Positions 54,299 to 64,000 of a stretch of 64,000 nt of DNA are shown in pieces. The stretch is from the NCBI GenBank assembly GCA_965240325.2, contig OZ251243.1, forward strand, positions 930,001 through 994,000, written 5' to 3'. The DNA is from Rebecca billardiae RCC1528. Lineage: Eukaryota; Protista; Haptophyta. The position numbers and the translations under genes are program-made. The notes under the pieces are model-generated. The model made no database searches. It was not told where the DNA came from and was given only the letters and a program-made list of their open reading frames with translations. Numbering within the stretch: position 1 is the first letter of the stretch; each line of letters begins with the position of its first letter.

Positions 54299-57200
54299 GG
54301 CGTCATGCTGGTACACTGGATTTGTCCAAGGAAAGCAGGTGAGCAGCACCGGACATGGACGAGAAGCAGTGGTACAAAGTTGAGCGGCAACAGGACGGAC
54401 GGTGCGATCGCCGATTGGCTGATCGCGGCAAAATCTGGGTAAGTCGGCACGGCGATGATACTACCGCCCCGAGCCCAGGAGCGATCGGAGCTCGATCGCT
54501 GTTTTGGCCCGGCGCAAGAGCGCCGGAAATAAGGGCCAGGTTCAGAGGCTTGAGAGCTGATGAGATCGCGAGGCATGTGATCCTCGCGGTGGCGTCCGTC
54601 CTGTCGTGCGCGGTGAGCTTTTAGCAGGGCTCGAGACGCTCGGAGCTTGCGGTAATCCCAATATGCGCGCAGCAACCCCAGGGAGGGAGTTGTCCGCACT
54701 GTCCTTTCTCATCGATTGGGCTGATGGGCACGAGCGGCCGCGGTTGCAGGATGGGCGGAACGAGGAACTCTGGCGTCGCATGGAATGCAGCAGAGGTTCC
54801 TGGCCGAGAGCGCGGGCAAACTGGCGACGCTCTCGATGGGGCATGGCGCTACGATGCCAGGGATCATCGGCATCATCTCCGCGCATGGCCCGGACGCGGA
54901 ACTTCGCGTCGATTGGGAGGAACAGTACCTGTCGGTGATGAGCCCGACACGACAGCCTCCCGGAAGCTCACGATTGGATCTGAGCGGATGCAGCTGGTGC
55001 AGGAGAACTACTGCGTGCAGCGGCGGATGACTGAGCAGCGCTACTGGCACGATCGGCGCGAGCACGCACCCCGAGCGCCGGGTGGCTGCACGGCAGCTGA
55101 CGGCGGCGACGGCGGGCTCGGCGATCTACTCGGAGGGGCTGGCTCATCAACCTGTCCGGTGGTCTAGGGCACCGGATGGCGGCTGGCAGCTGGACTGGGT
55201 TTTGCGGTCCGGCTGGCACGGCTGGCACGACCGGACTGGACACAGGTCCGGCGGTTGGCACACCCGGATCTATCGGAATCGTCCGGGTGGAATCTGGCGA
55301 CACGAGCGCCGTTACGGCGGCGGGCAGTGCTTGGCACTGGTCCTACGCCGGCAGCTGACGCGAGGCGCAGCTGGCAGTGCCACCGAGATGGCGGCGCTGG
55401 CGCGACTGTTGAGTCGCGGGAATCGCGCGCGCGCGAGGCGCGAGCGCGGGATCATGACGGGGCGGCGCAGCGGTGCCGAGACTACGTCTGCAGCTGACGC
55501 GAGGCGCAGCTGGCAGTGCCGCCGAGACGGCGGCGCTGGCGCGATCTTTGAGTCGCGGTATCCGCGCGCGCGCAAGGCGCGAGTGCGGGGTGACGGCGGG
55601 GCAGTGCATGGCACTCGGCCCACGCCGGGAGGTTCAGCTCGATTCCATGCTGCGGGCCGAGATCATTCGGCGGCAGGTGGGGACCCGACGCTGAGGCGTC
55701 GGAAGCACACGCACGGCGCAGGACGCCGGTGCGGCGTGTGTGCGCGCAGCAGCGCGCGGCAGTGGCTCGGCGGCGCTGGGCGCACCGAACCAGGTGGTCG
55801 TACGCCCGGTGGTGGCGGCGGCACCCACACGTCCACGCACGAAGCTCATCGCCTGGCTCAGGCGGCGGTGGCGACGGCGGGGATCGTGGCGGCGGCCAAG
55901 ACGGCGGAGAGATACCGACTGGCTGCGAGGGCGGAGGAGGCAGCGGCGGCGGCGATCAGCGCGCGCCGCGCGCGGAGCAGCTCCGTGGCTTCAACGTACT
56001 CTGGTACGTATGTCGTGTAGACGACGGACGTCTCTTCACTTGCGTGACGTACGCATCGACGAGACCGACCTGGTCGAGGGGGGGCACTCGTCGCTGGGCG
56101 CACCTGACGGTGGCGCGTACGTGGGTGATGGTGACGGCGCCGCGGTAAGCGGCGGACATCGTCCGGTCGGCGGTGACGCCGACGGTGAGGACGAGGACGG
56201 CGACGGCGGCGAGCAGCCAGCCGACGCCGGGAATGACGACGCGACAGAGTTCGACGTCGGGTACGACGACGACGCAGATGCGTCAACGTCGGGGCGCGGG
56301 CGCAGCAGCGTGGACGCGGGACAGCGCGGGTGCAGCAGCGCGGGCGCACAGCCGTCGACGCCGACGCCGCAGGGCGGGCGTGGCGGGACAGGCGCGTCGA
56401 TGACGCAGCCGGGTCGGCAGGGTCAGATACCGCCGGCGGAATCACGGCGCGGGGCCGCAGCAGATGCTGGCGGGCCGCCGCGCGGCGCAGGACGATGACG
56501 GCGACGGCGGCGAGCCGCCGGCCGACGCCGGTGACGACGACGCGACGGAGTTCGACGTCAGGAACGACGGCGACGCAGATGCGTCGGCGTCGGCGCGCGA
56601 GCGCGGCAGCGCGGACGCGGAACAGCGCGCGGGCGCGGCAGCGCGGGCGCGGAACAGCGCGCGGGCGCAGCAGCGCGGGCGCGGAACAGCGCGCGAGCGC
56701 AGCAGCGCGGGCGCGGAGCGCGCAGGCGCGGCAGCGCAGGTGCGGAACAGCGCACGGGCGCGGCAGCGCAGGCGCGGAACAGCGCGCGGGCGCAGCAGCG
56801 CGTGCGCACAGCCGTCGACGCCGACGCCGCAGGGCGGGCGTGGCGGAGCAGGCGCGTCAGCGACACAGCCTGGGTCGGCAGGGTCGGATCCCGCCGACGG
56901 AATCCCGGCGCGGGGCCGCAGCAGATGCTGGCGGGCCGCCGCGTAGCACAGGTGCGCGGGCGCAGCAGCGCGGGCGCGGGTCAGCGCGGGCGCAGCAGCG
57001 CGGGCGCACGGGCGCACAGCCGCCGATGCCGCAGGCCGGCGATCGGGGCGGTGCGGGCGCGCCATGGGCGCAGTCGCACTGGTGGTATGAGATACCACCG
57101 GCGCAACTTTGGCGCGGGACCGCCGCGCAGATGCGGGCGGGTTGCCGCGGGTCGCAGAGGCGATCGATGGCGGGCTCGAGCGATTCGGCACGAACGCGAG

Positions 57201-57949
57201 CACGCGGATACGGCTGCCAGAGGCAGCGGCGCGCGCGAGGCTGACCGACGCGGACAAGGCGTTGGTCCAGCGCGCGGAGATTGACGAGCTCGACGACTTG
57301 CTCACTTTGGGTGACTCTGTTTGGTCTAACAACCCAGGGGAATCCGGGTGGAGGTCGACGGGTGGCTGCATCATTGTCTTCTACAATGGATCGCCGGTGT
57401 CGTGGCACAGCAGCGGGCTGCAGGTTATGGCCCAGCTGAGCTCGACGGAGGCGGAGTACGTGGCGTGAGGTCAATGTACCACGCCGACATCATGACGAAG
57501 GCGACGGACGACGCTGCTACGTTTGAGTGGCACGTCGACGCCATCATGGTGTGCGACACCCGACGCGCGCGCGATGAGCGGCGCTACTCGCTCGCGGCTA
57601 TGGCTGTCGAGGGGGGGTGTTGAGCTGACGAGGCCAGGGGCGCGCATCTCAGCAGATGGCGTCGCCGGCGGTGAGTCAGGGCCGGTGCTGCAGCAGGCAG
57701 ACCGGCGGCGCAGCTGCTGCAGAGCAGCAGTGCGGATGAACTGGCACAGTCTGGGGCACGCATCTCAGCAGATGGCGTTGCCGCTGGGGTGTCAGGGCTG
57801 GCGCCGCATCAGGCGGGCCGGCGGCAGCAGCTGCTGCGGAGCAGTGGCTGGCAGCGCGCGCGTCCAGGACGCGCGCGGCAGCAGACGCGCGAGCGCGGAG
57901 CAGCGCGGGCGCAGCGGCGCGGGAGCGCGGCGCAGCGCGGGGCGCGCGG

Positions 57950-58147
57950 AACAGCGCGGAGCAGCGCGGAGCAGCGCGGAGCAGCGCGGAGCAGCGCGGA
58001 GCAGCGCGGAGCGCGCGGAGCAGCGCGGAGCAGCGCGGAGCAGCGCGGAGCAGCGCGGAGCAGCGCGGAGCAGCGCGGAGCAGCGCGGAGCAGCGCGGAG
58101 CAGCGCGGAGCAGCGCGGAGCAGCGCGGAGCAGCGCGGAGCAGCGCG
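57950..58147. repeat. (GCAGCGCGGA)n 10-bp satellite in the E2 3' LTR
   Basis: Directly visible. Confidence 0.95.
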
Positions 58148-58721
58148 GGCGTCATGCTGGTACACTGGATTTGTCCAAGGAAAGCAGGTGAGCAGCACCG
58201 GACATGGACGAGAAGCAGTGGTACAAAGTTGAGCGGCAACAGGACGGACGGTGCGATCGCCGATTGGCTGATCGCGGCAAAATCTGGGTAAGTCGGCACG
58301 GCGATGATACTACCGCCCCGAGCCCAGGAGCGATCGGAGCTCGATCGCTGTTTTGGCCCGGCGCAAGAGCGCCGGAAATAAGGGCCAGGTTCAGAGGCTT
58401 GAGAGCTGATGAGATCGCGAGGCATGTGATCCTCGCGGTGGCGTCCGTCCTGTCGTGCGCGGTGAGCTTTTAGCAGGGCTCGAGACGCTCGGAGCTTGCG
58501 GTAATCCCAATATATATCGTCTAGACAAGGGACCGCCTGGGGTGGTCGAGGACTACGGCTATATTGTACGGATCATCACGGAGGCGGCGATCCTCATCCG
58601 GCCGCAGATTGCAGTGTCAAGTCACTCAAGATGTATAAGTATAACGCTCCGCAGTGACCGGGCTGGGGGGGGGGACCGAAGCCGGAGCCGGCGGTCGTCT
58701 TTGATGATGATATGCCTTATT

Positions 58722-61700
58722 TGTTGTATATTAATCCCGAATTTCCTACGTGCACGATTTCTTTTTCTTCTCCGGGCGGTTGGCTCCAACCGTCCGGATG
58801 GTCGAAGTATCCGGCACTGCCTGCAGAGCTGCAGGCGAAAGCTGCGCTGCCAGTTACGTATGGCGGCCGTTTGCCCCCCACCGCTTTTTGCATCCGTTTC
58901 TGAGGACGCACCGCCCGCTCGTCCGCACGGACGGCGCTGCTGACGACGTCCGCAGGGACACTGTGATAAGCCCCTGCGTGACCGGGGAACTGGTAAGGCG
59001 GAATAAACATCATGAGCTCAGACGTGTGAAACCACGGACCGCCGGGCATGGCCCATCCAGCCGGTCGCAGCGCCGCGGGTGGCGCGACGAACGCGCGGGC
59101 AATTATGCTCGCGTGCTGCGCGCTCTGCATCGAGCAGCCGAGTGAAAGCGCGCTGACGAACCAGATACCCACGCACGGCGTGGTGTACGACTTCGGTGAC
59201 TACCAGAAGGACATCCGTTACGCAACCTCGAATGTCCTCCGCCTGCAGGGCGGCTGCGCGCGCGGTACGAACCGCGCGAGCATTGACGTGCCCGCGTGTG
59301 GCACTTGCGGTGACGACACCGCGGCGGGGGCCTGGATGGTCCTCGTGATCGACAACGTCGAGCACGAGCTCGATGATGATGGGAATGGAGACGATCCATA
59401 CCCTTCACGGCATCCGCTGAAGCCGATGCTGCGAGCGCCCCGACCATCCTCACGAGAGGACAGCTGGACGGGGCGCGAGGTGCTGCTCGACGACGGGCAG
59501 CAGCAGGTGATACACTCAAAGGACGTGTACATCATTGATGAGCGGTCGCTGGTCGAGGGGAGGCACACTCCATTCGCGGCCAGCGATGACAATGCCGAGC
59601 CCGAGACTGAGCTGGGAGACGCCGCTGACGGCGAGCTCACCGGCGAGGGCGACGAGCATTTTGAGATTGAGGACGGCGCGGCCGATGACGGCGGCGCTGC
59701 TGCTCATGACGACGGTGGCGCGGCAAGCGAAGCTGCGCGATCGAGCGCCGACGGCGATGACGCCGGAGGCGATGACGACGCACGAGCTGGTGAGTCCGCG
59801 GCGCCCGAGCTGCCGCGCGACTACGACCCGATGCGACGAGACCGAGCGAGGCGGAGCAGACCCGCCGCGCAGACGGTGCAGGCTGTGACCGAGGCAGCGT
59901 TCCAGGCCGCGGGCGAGGAACCTACCGAGGAGAACAGCTTCGAGGCATTCGCTGCGACGACAATCGCGCGGATGAATGGTGTGCCGATCACCATCCCCAC
60001 GACGTGGGACGAGGCGATGAAATCGCCCGAGGCCAAGCTCTGGATGCAGGCCTGCCATGACCACCTCGACGCGCACGGCGTGAGACACACGTTCTTCGAG
60101 GTGATTGTTCCGGACACCACGCGCACGATTCCTGTCAAGTGGGTGTTCGACGTGAAGACGCTTCCCGATGGCGAAGTGATCAAGTTCAAGGCGCGGCTGG
60201 TAACCCAGGGGTTCCGCCAGCGCGAGGGCATCGACTTCAATGAGGTGTTCGCCCCGACGATACGACCAGAACAGCTGCGGCTGATGCTCGCGGTCGCGCT
60301 CAAGGCCAAAGGCGTCTCGATGACGGACGCGGCGAGCGCCAAGATCGTGGAGATGCGACCCGCCGACGTGCGGCACGCATACCTGAACAGCGACCTGCCG
60401 GAGGGCGAGGAGGTGATGACACCGCTCCCGCCTGGCTACACCCCGAAGAGCTCGACGCCGCTCGGCTCGAAGGTGGTCGCGAAGTTTGTGAAGGCGCTCC
60501 CAGGCATGCGCCAGGCCGGGCGCGTGTGGTACCTACACTTGCGTAAGTGTTTGCTCGAACATGGGTTCGAGCCGTGCCCGAGCGCGCCGTGCATCTACTC
60601 GAAGGCAGTCGATGGCGGCTACGTGTTCGTCGGTCACTTTGTCGACGATCTGCTGATGATGAACATCTCGAAGGACAAGAACGCGTTGGACGCGCTGATG
60701 ACGGCGTTGCTGACGCACTACGAGATGCAGGGCGCGGACTGCCTGAGCAAGTTCCTTGGCGCCGAATTTGAGACCACGGTGGACGGACTTTTTACCCACC
60801 TGAACCAGTACATCGGTGATGTGTGCGAGCGCTTCCACCTGAGTGGAGAGCGCCACCCACCGACCCCCGAGTGCAGCGAGACGCGCGAGATCCCCCGCCC
60901 GCTGCAAGCCCTCCTGCTGCGCGCTGACCGCCAGCACTACCAGGAGATGACCGGTGCCCTCATGTACTGCATGACGACGTGTCGCCCCGATATCGCACAC
61001 GCCGTGAACATGCTGGCACGCCGGATGTCCAATCCCCGGCTCTACGACTTGACCGCCGCGAAGCGCACGCTCCGATACTTGCTCGGCACGCGTCGGCGCG
61101 GCATCCTCTTCCGGCACGCGACGCACGCACAACACCCTGATTTGGTGGCGTACGCGGACTCGGACTGGGCGAACGATCGTGAAGAACGACGTTCTACGAC
61201 GGGATACCTTGTTATGTACAACGGGGTCCCGATCTCGTGGCACAGCGGACTGCAGAGCGTGGTCGCGTTGTCTACGTGCGAGGCGGAGTACATCGCGCTG
61301 AGCGAGTGCTGCCGCGAGGTGATCTACCTGCGCGACCTGGTGACGTTTTTGAACGAGCCGGTCGTGGAGCCCACGACGGTGATCTACGAGGATAACCAGG
61401 GCACGATCGATTTGACGAACAACCCGGTGCACCACAAGCGCACCAAGCACATTGACGTGAAGTACCATTTCACGCGGCGCGCGCAAGCCGACGGCGCCGT
61501 GCTGATCCAGAAGGTGCCGACCGACGACAACCGGTCCGACATCATGACCAAGGCTACCGCGACGAGTACTTTTCTCAAGCACGTCGTGGCGATACTGCAT
61601 GCTGTTCCACCACCTCCGCCGCCTTCGGCATGATGTCGAGGGGGGGTGTTGTATTAATCCCGAATTTCCTACGTGCACGATTTCTTTTTCTTCTCCGGGC

Positions 61701-61938
61701 GGTTGGCTCCAACCGTCCGGATGGTCGTCGAAGTATCCGGCACTGCCTGCAGAGCTGCAGGCGAAAGCTGCGCTGCCAGTTACGTATGGCGGCCGTTTGC
61801 CCCCCACCGCTTTTTGCATCCGTTTCTGAGGACGCACCGCCCGCTCGTCCGCACGGACGGCGCTGCTGACGACGTCCGCAGGGACACTGTGATAAGCCCC
61901 TGCGTGACCGGGGAACTGGTAAGGCGGAATAAACATCA
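58722..61938 (+). mobile_element. Internally deleted Ty1/Copia LTR retrotransposon E3 (RT-RNase H retained)
   Basis: LTRs 58722-59012 and 61647-61938 (TG...CA, two small indels), TSD TTATT, PPT GAGGGGGGG before 61647. Confidence 0.93.
59048..61633 (+). CDS. pol: Copia-type reverse transcriptase + RNase H ORF (no recognisable gag, protease or integrase core)
   Basis: KWVF, KARLVTQGFRQREGIDF, DVRHAYLN, GMRQAGRVW, HFVDDLL, RPDIAHAV, YADSDWA, STCEAEY, IYEDNQG, HKRTKHIDVKYH, DIMTKA. Confidence 0.92.
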   Translation: MAHPAGRSAAGGATNARAIMLACCALCIEQPSESALTNQIPTHGVVYDFGDYQKDIRYATSNVLRLQGGCARGTNRASIDVPACGTCGDDTAAGAWMVLVIDNVEHELDDDGNGDDPYPSRHPLKPMLRAPRPSSREDSWTGREVLLDDGQQQVIHSKDVYIIDERSLVEGRHTPFAASDDNAEPETELGDAADGELTGEGDEHFEIEDGAADDGGAAAHDDGGAASEAARSSADGDDAGGDDDARAGESAAPELPRDYDPMRRDRARRSRPAAQTVQAVTEAAFQAAGEEPTEENSFEAFAATTIARMNGVPITIPTTWDEAMKSPEAKLWMQACHDHLDAHGVRHTFFEVIVPDTTRTIPVKWVFDVKTLPDGEVIKFKARLVTQGFRQREGIDFNEVFAPTIRPEQLRLMLAVALKAKGVSMTDAASAKIVEMRPADVRHAYLNSDLPEGEEVMTPLPPGYTPKSSTPLGSKVVAKFVKALPGMRQAGRVWYLHLRKCLLEHGFEPCPSAPCIYSKAVDGGYVFVGHFVDDLLMMNISKDKNALDALMTALLTHYEMQGADCLSKFLGAEFETTVDGLFTHLNQYIGDVCERFHLSGERHPPTPECSETREIPRPLQALLLRADRQHYQEMTGALMYCMTTCRPDIAHAVNMLARRMSNPRLYDLTAAKRTLRYLLGTRRRGILFRHATHAQHPDLVAYADSDWANDREERRSTTGYLVMYNGVPISWHSGLQSVVALSTCEAEYIALSECCREVIYLRDLVTFLNEPVVEPTTVIYEDNQGTIDLTNNPVHHKRTKHIDVKYHFTRRAQADGAVLIQKVPTDDNRSDIMTKATATSTFLKHVVAILHAVPPPPPPSA

Positions 61939-62262
61939 TTATTTATTATTGCCGCATGGCCACCATCATCATCATATATATCTGCTGCTAGCTGATCTAT
62001 ACGCATCATCAATTCATCACTACTCTCCAAGTCCAACTCGGTTCCGTTAAGTCCGTACGCCCTGACTCCACGCGACGTGTGCGTCGTCGTCAGGCTTCAT
62101 CGGCGCAGGTCGGCGGCGCGGTCCTGCGCCGATCTTGGCTGGTTAACTTCATAACTTTCCGTCGTTCGTCGTCATCAGCAAGGAGCAGCAGCAGCAGCAG
62201 CAGCATCGACATAGTAGTAGTCTGAGGCTGGAAGTCGTCGACTCGCCACTGACGAGTCGGGG

Positions 62263-63768
62263 TCACTGAGATGATGACGATTGACGTTGCTGATGATGAG
62301 CCTCATCGTCGCCGTCGTCATTCAACCTGTGGAACGGGCGAGGGGCATCCAACGCGGGCCCATCCTCGTTACCGGCGCCGTCGTCGTCGGAACCGCCTGC
62401 TGCCATAGCTGATGCCACACGTGCGTCACGCGCGCGTGTTGACAGCATCCCACCAGCTATCAGCGCCACCAGCGTGATGCTCGTGCAGCCGAGCATGGCC
62501 GCGCCCAGCAACCACGCCGGTGCCTCGCGCCTTGACGGGCTCGCCCCCCGCTCCTCGCCCCCGTCGGCTGCCGCCGCGTTGCCGTGCGCCTTGCCGTACG
62601 CTTCGTAGCCAAGCCCGAGAAGTGCGAGGGACACGGACACTGCGAGGGTTCCGAGCGCGAGCAAGACGCCCACCGCCACGCCCGGCCTCCGCGGGTGGCG
62701 CAGCTGGCAGAGGGTGGTGCACTGGGTGGTCACGAGCCCGCGCCCGGTGGCGAGCACGAGCACGGGCGCGACGAGCGAGAGCCAGCCCGAGCGCACGTGC
62801 GCGCACGGGAGCGTCAGCGCAAGCAGTGCGGCGCACGAGGCCCAAGCCAGCCACACGCCGACGGCAAGCGTCCGCGCGGAGCCCACGGCAGTGGCGAGGC
62901 GCGTGCTCGCGTGCGCGCCCGCCGTGAAGAGCGCCGCGCACGCGACGAACGCGCCGACGAACTGGCGCGTGCTCAGGCCGAACGGCCCCTGCAGCAGCGG
63001 CGCGGACGTCGTCTCCCAGAGCACACGCGCGCAGAATGACGAAACGTCGATCGCGCACAGGCGGCGGTACGGGCCGTCACGCAGCGCCTCGGCCGCGCCC
63101 GCGAGTGTGTCGGCGCACATGGCGCGCGCGGTGGGCGCGGCGCGCGTGGGTGACGGCGGTGGGAGCGCGATGAGCCCGCATGCGAGTGCGAGGCCGGAGC
63201 CACCAAGGGCCGCCATCAGCGCGAACGCAGCGCGCCAATGCACACACTCCGACAGCGCCGCGCCCGCGACAGGGCCGACGACTGCTGAGAACGCGCGCGC
63301 GGTCACCAGCGCGCCTGCGGCGTGGCGTAGCGCGGGGCCGTCGTGCACCCTCAGGACCGGGACGAGCGCCTGCGAGACGACGACGATGGAGCCTCCGGCG
63401 AAGCCCTGCGCGAGGCGCAGGCCGAGCAGCACGCGCATCGACGGTGCAGCGATCAGCAGTGCACTCGTCGACGCGTAGCTCAGCAGCGCGGCGCGCAGCG
63501 TGAGCGCATGTCCGAGCGCGTCAGACAAGGCGCCCGCAATCAGCATCGCCGGGGCGACCCCGCACAGGTACACCGAGTTGATAAGCTCCGCCTCCCGCAG
63601 CCCGACGCCGAGCGCCGCACACGCCACGGGTAAGATGGGTACGAGCATCTCATATGTGATCGGGCCGCATAGCGCGATGCAGCAGAGCGCGAAGAGCACC
63701 GCGCGGCTCGGCTCGGCCGGTGTGGTGGCGTTTGCCGCGGCCGCGCGCATCGGCGACGGCCGCGTCAT
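62263..63768 (-). CDS. MFS drug:H+ antiporter (DHA1, Bcr/CflA-like)
   Basis: About 12 hydrophobic segments, GALSDALG (motif A variant), LRLAQG, VGPVAG...HWRAAF. Confidence 0.82.
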   Translation of the reverse strand: MTRPSPMRAAAANATTPAEPSRAVLFALCCIALCGPITYEMLVPILPVACAALGVGLREAELINSVYLCGVAPAMLIAGALSDALGHALTLRAALLSYASTSALLIAAPSMRVLLGLRLAQGFAGGSIVVVSQALVPVLRVHDGPALRHAAGALVTARAFSAVVGPVAGAALSECVHWRAAFALMAALGGSGLALACGLIALPPPSPTRAAPTARAMCADTLAGAAEALRDGPYRRLCAIDVSSFCARVLWETTSAPLLQGPFGLSTRQFVGAFVACAALFTAGAHASTRLATAVGSARTLAVGVWLAWASCAALLALTLPCAHVRSGWLSLVAPVLVLATGRGLVTTQCTTLCQLRHPRRPGVAVGVLLALGTLAVSVSLALLGLGYEAYGKAHGNAAAADGGEERGASPSRREAPAWLLGAAMLGCTSITLVALIAGGMLSTRARDARVASAMAAGGSDDDGAGNEDGPALDAPRPFHRLNDDGDDEAHHQQRQSSSSQ

Positions 63769-64000
63769 TCCATCATCCCGGCAAGCAGACGCGGTACTGC
63801 ATGGCTCGGCGGCAGATCGCCCGAGATTTGTGAGTTGACGACCAGTAATGGCAGTAAAAAAACAATCACGAAACCTTGTGGATCGCGAACAATGGCGGCC
63901 GCGGATCGGCGCGCTGAGAGAGCCGCGTCCCTCGTGCTGGTCATGGGCTGGTGCTTCCAGCCGGGCATCGCGCCATTGACTCCGCCCGCGCACAGGGACG

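Larger units (their letters stand above)
52893..58512 (+). mobile_element. Degenerate non-autonomous Copia-derived LTR element E2
   Basis: LTRs 52893-54663 (with an 839-bp insert) and 57618-58512, ends TGTTG...CAATA. TSD TATAT, PPT GAGGGGGGG at 57609-57617. RNase H relics (RSTGG..FYNGSPVSWHS..LSSTEAEYVA*, ADIMTKA) at ~57310-57550. Confidence 0.88.

Noticed and set aside
53799-54699. AEQRGAARSS repeat ORFs
   Set aside because: Translations of the 10-bp LTR satellite.
36133-61938. Gag-only E1 and RT-only E3 as a bipartite complementing system
   Set aside because: LTRs and post-LTR palindromes differ and neither encodes integrase or protease; no evidence of partnership.

Overview
Very GC-rich eukaryotic nuclear DNA with short GC-rich GT-AG introns, microsatellites and LTR retrotransposons. 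Intron style and gene content suggest a haptophyte alga, possibly Pavlovales (inference only). It holds about 20 protein genes, mostly in tight head-to-head pairs. The first 31 kb contains a multi-exon IPT/Cys-rich + multi-TM + TIR receptor-like gene, a DHHC palmitoyltransferase, FAM221, ASD, a Sel1-MYND protein, ORC6, class II CPD photolyase, TEX9, a PAO-like Rieske oxygenase, a PPi-dependent PFK, a RAP-domain protein, DUF4787 and an SGNH/PC-esterase. The rest contains a Rieske + b5-reductase fusion, a GT47, a ZIP7-like/tandem-CutA pair and an MFS transporter. Mobile DNA comprises three LTR retrotransposon families, a foldback element with a 7-bp TSD, a MITE and a TATGG-led dispersed repeat. 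Two signals stand out. (1) Two paralogous genes are built from 11 and 15 tandem 38-aa EsV-1-7-type C-C-C-H repeats with a near-invariant scaffold and variation confined to fixed positions, a TALE-like candidate programmable binder. (2) In all three LTR families a perfect 8-bp TG-NNNN-CA palindrome sits exactly where the tRNA primer-binding site should be.
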